Positions 29,303 through 38,132 of a stretch of DNA of 64,000 bases are shown one piece after another (the stretch's first letter is position 1; every line of letters begins with the position of its first letter). Both the position numbers and the translations under genes were made by a program. Origin of the DNA: Bacteroidia bacterium (lineage in GTDB: Bacteria; Bacteroidota; Bacteroidia; NS11-12g; UBA955); the NCBI GenBank assembly GCA_044341025.1, contig JBIISM010000003.1, forward strand, positions 117,105-181,104, given 5' to 3'. The notes beneath the pieces were generated by a model. The model did no database searches and was not told the DNA's origin. It was given only the letters and a program-made list of their open reading frames with translations.

Positions 29303-30370
29303 TTACAAATTCAATAAATCTGCGAATTCCTTATTCAAATACAACTTTTCCCTTCCCGAAGATTTCTCTAACAACAAACCCATTTTTACTAGGTGGTCGA
29401 GGTAGGTGTAGGCAGTTTGGCGGTGACAGCCGATGGCCTCACAAATCATCTTAGGTTTAATGTAGGGCTTGTAAAACAGAACATCCAGAAGTTCATTTGC
29501 TGGTAAAATATAATCGGTGTACTTCTCTAACTGGTCTTTGAATTTCTTGCGCAATTGAACATAAAGTTTAGTTGTCTCCAATAAAAGAACAACAGCTTCC
29601 TCAAGCTTTTGGATGATAAATGCCATCCACTTTTCAAAACTTTGATTGATCATTACCTCTCTTAGCAATAAATTATAGGTTTCCTTTTCTTTGAACAAGA
29701 TAAACGAAATAGGAATGCAATTATACAGTATGCCAAGCTCTCTAAAAAAAAGCTTAGTGAGGATTCTAGCACAGTGCCCATTCATTTGTAAATACGGTGC
29801 CAAAGCTCGAAATTGATAATGTATCAAAGCCAAGCCTTGCAAACTGCTCGTTTTCTTCAATTGCTTAAGGGCCTTATCCAAATCAAGCCTTAAATATTGA
29901 ATCAAACTTGGATTATTTGGAGTCGTGTACAAACATAAATTGGTAAAATAACTTTGAATACGTACTTCCTTTTTATCTCTAAACATTTCAAACTGTCTTT
30001 TTGAGAGATGCAAAAACTCAGGAGCCAAATTGTTTACACTGAGAGATTCAATCTCATCCTTCCATTCGATAGATTTAAAAATTATCTTGGCATTCTTTTC
30101 ATTTAAATTATTCTCTGATGAATATGCCTCCAATAAACGCTGAACAGAAATCGAAACACCTTCAAGGTCAAATGAATACTTGCTGTCTACCAATTCAATT
30201 AATTGAAAAAAATTAAGAATGCCATTGTTAAACTGTGCATCCACATATCCGTTTAAATGATAAATTGATTTCCAACATGACTCTGAAATACCGTGTAGCT
30301 CTGAAAGACTTAATATTTTTAATTCATTAAGTGGTTTTAACTGGTTATGCGGTAATTGACTGTTTATCAA
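29303..30370 (-). CDS. Fic/DOC-fold protein with a degenerate active-site motif and a C-terminal winged HTH
   Basis: 355 aa. The central block ALIHYQFRALAPYLQMNGHCARIL aligns to the Fic motif HPFx[DE]GNGRxxR as APYLQMNGHCAR (His, Asp, Gly and Arg are replaced). C-terminal wHTH: ICEAIGCHRQTAYTYLDHLVKMGLL. Confidence 0.45.
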   Translation of the reverse strand: MINSQLPHNQLKPLNELKILSLSELHGISESCWKSIYHLNGYVDAQFNNGILNFFQLIELVDSKYSFDLEGVSISVQRLLEAYSSENNLNEKNAKIIFKSIEWKDEIESLSVNNLAPEFLHLSKRQFEMFRDKKEVRIQSYFTNLCLYTTPNNPSLIQYLRLDLDKALKQLKKTSSLQGLALIHYQFRALAPYLQMNGHCARILTKLFFRELGILYNCIPISFILFKEKETYNLLLREVMINQSFEKWMAFIIQKLEEAVVLLLETTKLYVQLRKKFKDQLEKYTDYILPANELLDVLFYKPYIKPKMICEAIGCHRQTAYTYLDHLVKMGLLLEKSSGREKLYLNKEFADLLNL

Positions 30371-30474
30371 TTTTATGTCGAATTATCTTACAATTTTCGA
30401 CATTTATATTCAATTTATTAAATTTTATTTAAATAATTAATGATTTCAATCAATTAAAATCTCCTCGAATAACT

Positions 30475-30482
30475 TAATTTTG
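30475..30482 (+). promoter_or_regulatory. Candidate sigma-A -7 element (TAatTTTG) for glnN
   Basis: taattttg lies ~19 nt upstream of the glnN ATG at 30501. Confidence 0.3.
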
Positions 30483-30500
30483 CAGTCAAATTTATCAAGA

Positions 30501-32672
30501 ATGTCTTCAACATCAAGCAAGAATTTAATTCAAGAGAAACCACCCCACAAACAAATGAAACAGATATCAGAGTACTTCGGAAAAAGTGTTTTCGGCCCAA
30601 AAGCAATGGCCGAATTCGTTAGCAAAGAAGCCATCAAGGCTGTAAATGAATCAAGAAATACAGGAAAGCAAATGGACCGTAAAATGGCAGACCAGATTGC
30701 AGAAGGTATGAAAAATTGGGCCATCGAAAAAGGTGCCACCCACTACACACACTGGTTCCAACCATTGCGTGGTTCTACTGCAGAAAAACACGATGCATTC
30801 TTCGATCCAACAGGAATTGATACAGGCATTGAAGTGTTTACAGGAAAATCATTGGTACAACAAGAACCAGATGCATCAAGTTTTCCTAATGGTGGCATTA
30901 GAAATACATTTGAAGCTAGAGGCTATAGCGTTTGGGATCCTTCATCTCCAGCTTTTATTATGGAAAAAGCCGGCGGTAAAACCTTGTGCATTCCAACAAT
31001 TTTTGTTGCTTACACAGGAGAAGCGCTCGACTATAAAGCACCTTTAATAAAATCAACTAATTTCTTAACCAAAAACACAACTGCTGTTTGCCAATATTTT
31101 GACGCTAACGTTAAAAACACAAAAGTTTCCTTGGGTATCGAACAAGAATATTTTTTAGTTGATGAGGAATTATACCACCAAAGACCTGACTTGGTTTTTG
31201 CAGGAAGAACTCTAGTTGGTAACATGCCTGCCAAAGGCCAACAATTAGAAGACCATTATTTTGGCAGCATTCCAGAAAGGGTCTACAACTATATGACCGA
31301 CTTTGAAAAAGAAGCTTTAAAATTAGGCATACCCCTCAAGACCAGACACAATGAAGTGGCGCCTGGTCAGTACGAATGTGCACCAATGTTTGAAGAAGCG
31401 GATATCGCCATCGACCACAACTCTTTGCTTATGGATGTTATGCAATCTGTTGCAAGCAGACATAAATTGAAAGTTATTTGGCATGAGAAACCATTCAAAG
31501 GTGTTAATGGTTCTGGTAAACACAACAACTGGTCGCTTATTACAGATACTGGTGTTAATCTACTTTCTCCAGGACATAGTCCTATTGATAACCTGCAATT
31601 TTTAACCTTCTTTATCAATACCATTAAAGCGGTTCACGACCATGCGGATTTGTTAAGAGCCAGTATTGCTACTGCGGCAAATGACCATAGATTAGGGGCT
31701 AACGAAGCGCCTCCTGCTATTATGTCCGTTTTTATTGGTAGCACGCTAAGCGAAGTGTTAAATCAATTCCAAGCAATTAAAACACCGGTTATAACCGGAA
31801 AAGTGAGTGAAAAGACAATCAGTGTGTACCGTATTCCTGAAATACTTTTAGACAACACCGACCGCAACCGTACGTCTCCATTTGCTTTCACAGGAAATAA
31901 ATTTGAATTCAGAGCAGTTGGATCCAGCGACCATTGCGCAAATGCAATCATTGTATTGAACACCATCGTTGGTAACCAATTGGAAGAATTTAAAAAAGAA
32001 GTAGATGCTTTAATTAAAAAGAAAACCAATAAACTTCTTGCCATCGAACAAGTTTTAAAATCGTACGTCAAAGCAAGCAAAAAAATTATTTTTGAAGGCA
32101 ATGGATATGGCGATGAATGGGTAAAAGAAGCTATAAAAAGAGGTCTAAGCAACATCAAAACTACGCCATATGCATTAGATGCCTACAGCACCAAAGCAAG
32201 CAAAGATCTGTTTGTGAAAAACAACATCTTTACCATCAAAGAACTAGAGGCACGTACAGAAATTAAATTTGAAAACTACCTGTTAAAAATTCAAATTGAA
32301 GGCAGAATCTTAGGCGAATTGGTTAAAAATTATGTTATTCCTTCTGCAGTTGAATACCAAAAGAAATTAATTGATACCATTGAAGGGCTTAACAGAATTG
32401 GACAAACCAAAGCAGAAAACAAAGGCTTGTATACCTTAGCTAAAGAAATATCTTACAACGTTAATGCAATTTGGGAAAACAACAACAAAATGGTTGATGA
32501 AAGAATCAAAGCCAACAAATTAACACATGCCGATAAAAAAGCAAAAGCTTATTGCGACAAAGTAAAACCTTATTTTGACAGCATCCGCGAAAGCGCAGAC
32601 AAACTTGAAGAGCTAATCGACAACGACGCTTGGAAACTGCCTAAATACCGCGATTTGTTGTTCTTGAAATAA
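30501..32672 (+). CDS. glnN: Glutamine synthetase type III
   Basis: Start trimmed to the first ATG (MSSTSSKNLIQ...), giving ~723 aa, the GSIII size. The N-terminal region ...WAIEKGATHYTHWFQPLRGSTAEKHDAFF... and a catalytic core (NGSGKHNNWS) match Bacteroides-type GlnN. Confidence 0.8.
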   Translation: MSSTSSKNLIQEKPPHKQMKQISEYFGKSVFGPKAMAEFVSKEAIKAVNESRNTGKQMDRKMADQIAEGMKNWAIEKGATHYTHWFQPLRGSTAEKHDAFFDPTGIDTGIEVFTGKSLVQQEPDASSFPNGGIRNTFEARGYSVWDPSSPAFIMEKAGGKTLCIPTIFVAYTGEALDYKAPLIKSTNFLTKNTTAVCQYFDANVKNTKVSLGIEQEYFLVDEELYHQRPDLVFAGRTLVGNMPAKGQQLEDHYFGSIPERVYNYMTDFEKEALKLGIPLKTRHNEVAPGQYECAPMFEEADIAIDHNSLLMDVMQSVASRHKLKVIWHEKPFKGVNGSGKHNNWSLITDTGVNLLSPGHSPIDNLQFLTFFINTIKAVHDHADLLRASIATAANDHRLGANEAPPAIMSVFIGSTLSEVLNQFQAIKTPVITGKVSEKTISVYRIPEILLDNTDRNRTSPFAFTGNKFEFRAVGSSDHCANAIIVLNTIVGNQLEEFKKEVDALIKKKTNKLLAIEQVLKSYVKASKKIIFEGNGYGDEWVKEAIKRGLSNIKTTPYALDAYSTKASKDLFVKNNIFTIKELEARTEIKFENYLLKIQIEGRILGELVKNYVIPSAVEYQKKLIDTIEGLNRIGQTKAENKGLYTLAKEISYNVNAIWENNNKMVDERIKANKLTHADKKAKAYCDKVKPYFDSIRESADKLEELIDNDAWKLPKYRDLLFLK

Positions 32673-32693
32673 GAATCTTAACAATCCTATAAT

Positions 32694-32730
32694 AGTCCCA
32701 TTTGGAAACAGATGGGACTTTCTTTTTTTA
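32694..32730. terminator. Rho-independent terminator after glnN
   Basis: agtcccat-ttggaaacag-atgggact-ttcttttttt. An 8-bp stem plus a U-tract. Confidence 0.7.
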
Positions 32731-32798
32731 CAGCAATTTTTAAGTTTAATTAAAAAAACAAAACGAATATCGTCTGATTTCATATATTTGAATCGTTC

Positions 32799-34205
32799 AT
32801 GCGCATCAAGGCAACCAATATTTACGCTTCTATCTGTCTGGCAATAGGCATGGCTTGCGTCTATTGCATTTTAGACTATTTATACGGCGTATTTACCCAG
32901 CCCTATTTTTGGGATGAATTAGGCGTATATAGCCGTTCTTCTATGTACCTTAGCGACTACGGACTTAGCCTTTTGCCTGATTCCGTTCCAGATGAATTAT
33001 CGCGCGGCCATCCACTTTTATGCCCTCTTTATTTTGCCTGCGCATTTAAAATTTTAGGCTGCAATCCTTTTGCCGCGCATATAGCTGCGGCTGTATTAAA
33101 TGCCATTGGCTTCTTTTTGGTATTCGCAATATTGCTAAAAAACACAAAACCATTTGTTGCTGCAGCCGCTACTTTGGCCATTTTTGTGCAGGCACTATTT
33201 TTATCTCAGTCGCTACTGATACTACCTGAAATGCCGCTTATGGTTTTCACCCTTGCTGCTGTTTACTTTTATATTAATGATAAGATTCTGGCCTCAGCAT
33301 TGTTTATTGTACTTGCACTTCAAATAAAGGAATCTGCCCTTGTGCTGCCATTTGCTTTTTTGGTTTCCGAATCGCTGAGACAAAAGAAAATATTTACAAA
33401 AAACAACCTTTACCTATTTGCATTTCCTGTTCTAAGCTTTTTAATATTTATAGGCATTCAAAAAATCCAGAGGGGCTATTTCTTTTACCCACTCCATACT
33501 TCTCTAGCCTCGTCTGATCCCTATTATATCAATGAGCGTTGGCAAAATTTTAAACTATTTTTTCTTTACCAACAAGGGCATATTTATTTTTTAATTGCCT
33601 TGGCTTTTATACTTTTATTGAATCTAATTTTAAAGTTTAAAAGCATACCAAATCTAATCAAAAACAAAGCAAGCATTTACCCAATCCTTGTTCTTGGATG
33701 TGTTGCATTCTTGGTTTTAAATTACTTTCTAAGTAGGTATACGCTTTACTTCTTTATCTTTATTTACATTGCTTTCTTTCTCCTTGTATTTAACCTGCTT
33801 AAAGAGAAACAAAATCTTGCCTATTTAATCGCTTTGGCACTAGCTGTTTTAGGGATTATGAATTGGAACACAGACGAAGATTACACCGATATTGACTTCT
33901 CTTACAGCCAACACATTCGGTCAGTTCAAATGGCAATCAACGAACTAAACACGGATTCATTTACCAATAAAACAATAGGTATGGATTTCCCCGTTTCTGC
34001 TGTGTATTGGAATTCAAACAATGGTTTTAAATTAAAAGGAAACCATAAAATGTGCCCACTTTACGACTCAGCATGCTCTAAAGACTTTGTTCTTTTAAGC
34101 CACCCGGGCAACATGGCCGACACCACGAAATTTAATGCGTCTTACACCTTTTACAAAGAGCTCCGCAAAGGATATGCGTATTGTAGAATTTACAAAAAGA
34201 AATAG
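32799..34205 (+). CDS. Polytopic GT-C-fold membrane glycosyltransferase (ArnT/PMT GT39/GT83-like), paralog A
   Basis: 468 aa, ~11 TM helices. N-terminal loop PYFWDELGVYSRSSMYL...LSRGHPLL, similar to ArnT/PMT family loop 1. It is a paralog of 55591..57042 (PYFWDEMGAYASGVLYM...SFGHPLM) with a conserved C-terminal HPGNM block. Confidence 0.5.
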   Translation: MRIKATNIYASICLAIGMACVYCILDYLYGVFTQPYFWDELGVYSRSSMYLSDYGLSLLPDSVPDELSRGHPLLCPLYFACAFKILGCNPFAAHIAAAVLNAIGFFLVFAILLKNTKPFVAAAATLAIFVQALFLSQSLLILPEMPLMVFTLAAVYFYINDKILASALFIVLALQIKESALVLPFAFLVSESLRQKKIFTKNNLYLFAFPVLSFLIFIGIQKIQRGYFFYPLHTSLASSDPYYINERWQNFKLFFLYQQGHIYFLIALAFILLLNLILKFKSIPNLIKNKASIYPILVLGCVAFLVLNYFLSRYTLYFFIFIYIAFFLLVFNLLKEKQNLAYLIALALAVLGIMNWNTDEDYTDIDFSYSQHIRSVQMAINELNTDSFTNKTIGMDFPVSAVYWNSNNGFKLKGNHKMCPLYDSACSKDFVLLSHPGNMADTTKFNASYTFYKELRKGYAYCRIYKKK

Positions 34206-36257
34206 CTAGCGCTCAATTACAATTCGTTTCCAAACTGTATCCGTTCCCAATTCAATGCGAATCAAATACATTCCATTTTGAAGGCTTTGCGTATTGATCA
34301 AATTCTTACTGTATGGAAAAACTTCTTCTTCAATTAATTGTCGTCCATTCAAATCAAATAACGATAATTTAGCCAATTCTGGGACTTCGATTTGTAATTG
34401 TTCTTTTACAGGATTTGGATACAATTTTATCTTTGAGATTTGTGAAGATTGAATAGAACTTGTTCTGTAATCTAATGTAAACCTAAAGGTATCAATTCGA
34501 CCACAACGTCCAATTCCACTATATAAAACAACTGTATAATCACCGCTGTCTATGAATTGTTTTCTACCAATATTTTTTATGAAACTAGAATCATAAAATG
34601 TAGAATCTGTGCGGCCAAATTTCCACATGCACAACAAAGCATTGCTGTCTACATGTTTTATAAAATTCATGCCTAAATCTACCAAATACTGAGTACCGGA
34701 AACTGGGTTTGCAAATGCAGTATACTCTGGTGTTGTTTGAACCAATATATTCAAAGAATCACTCGATGTGCACGTCGTTAGTGGATTGGTATACGTGTAA
34801 AACATTTTATACGGTCCGTGGAATGTATTGGTATGCGGACTGGTTTGCGGATCGAAAAATCTACCGTTCACCAAGCCATTTCCTGACCAGGTGCCAACCA
34901 TGCCTGAGGGTATGATATTAAACAAAGGTGTTAAACCCCTGTTGTAACACACTGTATCTTCGGCATCGATTTGAATAACTGGCAGACCGTTTACATTAGC
35001 AATTACACTGTCCGTGAAATCGCATAAACTGGCATTGGTATACCTCAACAAATATTGGCCAGAACCTGTCCATGGTCTAAAATACTTACCAGCTACTATT
35101 GAACTGTCCAATTTTTCAGCAACACTGGGAATGCTTCGGTTTCTTGATCCTCCGTATTCAATTGTTTCCCAATTACCCCCAAAAACAACCCTATTGTTGC
35201 TGTCTCTAACAAAACTGTCCAACGCAACTATGCCTTGGTTTAAACACAATTTATTTAAAGCATTAAACTTTAATTTAGAACCTAACTTAACCAATACAGT
35301 CGCAGTATCAGATCTTTGACAACCCGTACTTGCATCTTTGAAAGTATATTCAATTAGGTATATTCCATTTGAACTTGAATTAAATGGCGCACTAATATCC
35401 AAAGTAAAGGTAACAGGAACAGTCGGTACACTGCTTATTACAGTGCTTGCATTGGCAGCACTTCCACTAGGAACAGACAAACAACGGAACGATTCAATTC
35501 CTCCAACTCTATTAAATGGTTTAACAACCAAGTTGTTTAAAGTTACTGCATTTTGCTTAATGCAATACATGCCATCTAATACCTGAACTTCAGGATTTGG
35601 ATTGATACGTATTGATTTACACTCGCGGTTGAAGCATGACTTATAGTCTCTGTAATCATAGCAAATGGTGTCACGCAAACCCGTTTTAGGTAAAGATCCG
35701 TTTTGAATAAAATTTTTATAATTGTAAATATATGGTTTCGATCCAACTGGACCACCACTAATCCAAGAGGGCGTTTTCTTTTGGTAATAATGCACATCTG
35801 TAGTTGATACCGTTTTATCACCTGAAAAAGCTTTAACAATATTTCTTTGGGTTAAATTGATTGCACCATCATCATAGCAAAATGGTGGAACACCTGAATA
35901 CATAAAAGTTGGCAAGGCATTCACAACAACAAACATGGTATCATAGGCCGTATACGTAATTTTATTCTTTACCCTTTGAACCCTTAATTCAAAAGTTCTA
36001 TTTGTCAGGGAAGTGATTTTCAATCTCAAAAGACTGGCATTGGAATAAACCACCCCATTGCTTAAATCTTTCCATTGGTAGGTTCCTGTATCACCAGTAT
36101 TTAAACCTGAACCCACTGCATTTAAAGTATCCAAGTAACAGATTTCTATATCTAGTCCCGCATTGGCTGTGGCTTGTGCTTGCGTTTTAGAAATGAATAC
36201 AAATATGATTAAGCATACGGTAAGGATTTTCTTCATACTTAGTTGAACTTTTATCAA
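34206..36257 (-). CDS. Secreted hypothetical protein with a T9SS type-A C-terminal sorting domain
   Basis: 683 aa. Signal peptide. C-terminal ~75 aa (KLYPNPVKEQLQIEVPEL...GMYLIRIELGTDTVWKRIVIE) matches the Por/T9SS CTD pattern. Zero intergenic gap to the convergent GT-C gene. Confidence 0.65.
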   Translation of the reverse strand: MIKVQLSMKKILTVCLIIFVFISKTQAQATANAGLDIEICYLDTLNAVGSGLNTGDTGTYQWKDLSNGVVYSNASLLRLKITSLTNRTFELRVQRVKNKITYTAYDTMFVVVNALPTFMYSGVPPFCYDDGAINLTQRNIVKAFSGDKTVSTTDVHYYQKKTPSWISGGPVGSKPYIYNYKNFIQNGSLPKTGLRDTICYDYRDYKSCFNRECKSIRINPNPEVQVLDGMYCIKQNAVTLNNLVVKPFNRVGGIESFRCLSVPSGSAANASTVISSVPTVPVTFTLDISAPFNSSSNGIYLIEYTFKDASTGCQRSDTATVLVKLGSKLKFNALNKLCLNQGIVALDSFVRDSNNRVVFGGNWETIEYGGSRNRSIPSVAEKLDSSIVAGKYFRPWTGSGQYLLRYTNASLCDFTDSVIANVNGLPVIQIDAEDTVCYNRGLTPLFNIIPSGMVGTWSGNGLVNGRFFDPQTSPHTNTFHGPYKMFYTYTNPLTTCTSSDSLNILVQTTPEYTAFANPVSGTQYLVDLGMNFIKHVDSNALLCMWKFGRTDSTFYDSSFIKNIGRKQFIDSGDYTVVLYSGIGRCGRIDTFRFTLDYRTSSIQSSQISKIKLYPNPVKEQLQIEVPELAKLSLFDLNGRQLIEEEVFPYSKNLINTQSLQNGMYLIRIELGTDTVWKRIVIER

Positions 36258-36333
36258 ATGTAGAAAAAATGCCTCATAAATCCAATATTAATTGATTTTA
36301 TGACTAAAAAATGAGCTCTGGTTTTAAATAAAT

Positions 36334-37353
36334 TTAACTCGTCTTGCGCTTGCGGCCTTTGTCAAAAACCAAACGGCCAAAGTTCTTGCCTTTGCGCAAT
36401 TCCTTTTGCTCATCTTCCGGCAATAAAGCAATATGGGTGCACTCTTCACTGCAACAGTTATGAGTCTTTTCTTTGCACTTCTCACATTGAATAAACAACA
36501 AGTTGCAAGCCACGTTGGCGCAGTTGGTATGGGTATCAGATAAGTCTCCACATTGGTGGCATTTCGAAATTATTTCATTGGAAATACTCTCGCCCAAGCG
36601 TTCATCAAATACAAAGTTCTTTCCGTGAAACTTGTTTTTTAGTCCTTTGTCTTTAACCTGGTTGGCGTAATGAATGATGCCACCTTCTAACTGATAAACC
36701 TCCTTAAAGCCTCTGTACAACATGTACGCACTCGCTTTCTCGCAACGAATGCCTCCAGTGCAATACATCACCACTGCTTTGTCTTTTTGATCTTTTAGCA
36801 TTTCAGCAACCTGAGGCAATTGTTCTCTGAAATTAACCACATCGGGAAGTATTGCATTTTCAAAATGCCCAACTTCACTTTCATAGTGGTTGCGCATATC
36901 AACTATAATCACATCGTCTCTATCGGTAAGCCCATTGAATTCTTCAGCTTTTAAATGCTTGCCAATTTTGGTCACATCAAAATTTGGATCGTCTATGCCA
37001 TCGGCTACAATTTTACGGCGAACCTTTATTGCCAATTTGAAAAATGATTTGCCATCATCGTCAACCGCAATGTTCAAACGGTTACCCGCTAAGAAATCTA
37101 TACTTTCTAAATGGGCTTTTAATGCATCTAAATTTTCAGTTGGCACAGAAAATTGGGCATTGATACCCTCATCTGCAACATAAATTCTACCAAGAACACC
37201 AAGCTCATTCCATCTCAAATACAATGCATCTCTAAAGGCCTTTGGATCTTTGATATGATGATACTTGTAAAAGGATATAGTGGTTCTTAACAGACCGCTT
37301 TCTTTGATCTTTTGCTTTAATACTTCTGCGTTTATCTTATTGTGTAATACCAC
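36334..37353 (-). CDS. trhO: Rhodanese-domain tRNA uridine(34) hydroxylase (YceA/TrhO family)
   Basis: 339 aa. UPF0176 N-terminal region, rhodanese catalytic Cys (MYCTGGIRCEKAS), and a Cys-rich C-terminal tail. Confidence 0.7.
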   Translation of the reverse strand: MVLHNKINAEVLKQKIKESGLLRTTISFYKYHHIKDPKAFRDALYLRWNELGVLGRIYVADEGINAQFSVPTENLDALKAHLESIDFLAGNRLNIAVDDDGKSFFKLAIKVRRKIVADGIDDPNFDVTKIGKHLKAEEFNGLTDRDDVIIVDMRNHYESEVGHFENAILPDVVNFREQLPQVAEMLKDQKDKAVVMYCTGGIRCEKASAYMLYRGFKEVYQLEGGIIHYANQVKDKGLKNKFHGKNFVFDERLGESISNEIISKCHQCGDLSDTHTNCANVACNLLFIQCEKCKEKTHNCCSEECTHIALLPEDEQKELRKGKNFGRLVFDKGRKRKTS

Positions 37354-37418
37354 CTTGCAAAACTAATATCCAGTAGGCACTTGTTAAATATGACTTACGT
37401 CAGTCTTATTGACGAAAA

Positions 37419-38090
37419 CTATTTTTTCTTGCTTAAATCGATCATCTCAACACCGGCATGCTCAGCTGCATTGAATACAAAAACCTTGTCATCCATCGCT
37501 GCATTTGGTGTTTGAGAAGTAACAGTGTAGGTTTGCTTATTGCCCGCTTTAAATGACACCTTAAGATTTTGAACCGTTTTAGCTCCTTTATCAACTTCTA
37601 AGTTCATCAAGAAATATGGCTTGTTCTTATCTGTTGGTGTTAACTTAATTTTTTCAATATCAGCAGTCCCTTTTTTAGTTGTACCATCGCTTGCATATAA
37701 AAAACCTTTTTCCCATACTGTAAATATTTTGGAAGGGTTTAAACCAGAACTAGAATTAGGATTGTAATTGTCCTTGATGCATTCATTGGTCTCTTTGGTG
37801 TAAGTCCAAATGGTCTTGCCATCGCAGAATATTTCTTGTCCGCCAAAAATCAATTTGAAACTGTTGCCTTTTGAATATAAAGTGCCCTTCTCTGTTTTAC
37901 TCTTAGCTTTTGTATCGGCAGGCTCATTCAACATGGTGAACTCAGCTTTCAAAGTCTTGTATCCTTTGTACTTTTTAGAAACTTCTTTTAATAGTTTATT
38001 GACCGCCTTGTCTTTCTCGACATTTGCTGGAACGAAGGCTAAACTGGCCAAAGCAATTAAAAAGACAGATATTATGCCTGATTTATTCAT
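37419..38090 (-). CDS. lolA: LolA-like outer-membrane lipoprotein carrier protein
   Basis: Start trimmed to the Met at 38090, giving the signal peptide MNKSGIISVFLIALASLAFVPA. ~220 aa, with the conserved position immediately downstream of ftsK. The track ORF extends to 38132 and abuts the ftsK stop. Confidence 0.55.
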   Translation of the reverse strand: MNKSGIISVFLIALASLAFVPANVEKDKAVNKLLKEVSKKYKGYKTLKAEFTMLNEPADTKAKSKTEKGTLYSKGNSFKLIFGGQEIFCDGKTIWTYTKETNECIKDNYNPNSSSGLNPSKIFTVWEKGFLYASDGTTKKGTADIEKIKLTPTDKNKPYFLMNLEVDKGAKTVQNLKVSFKAGNKQTYTVTSQTPNAAMDDKVFVFNAAEHAGVEMIDLSKKK

Positions 38091-38132
38091 TAGATACTGT
38101 AGGTTAAATTTAAAAGGTGCGAAAATAATCAA

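Noticed and set aside
36324-36551. 75-aa minus-strand ORF at the 3' end of trhO
   Set aside because: An alternative frame overlapping the Cys-rich tail of trhO. Shadow ORF.
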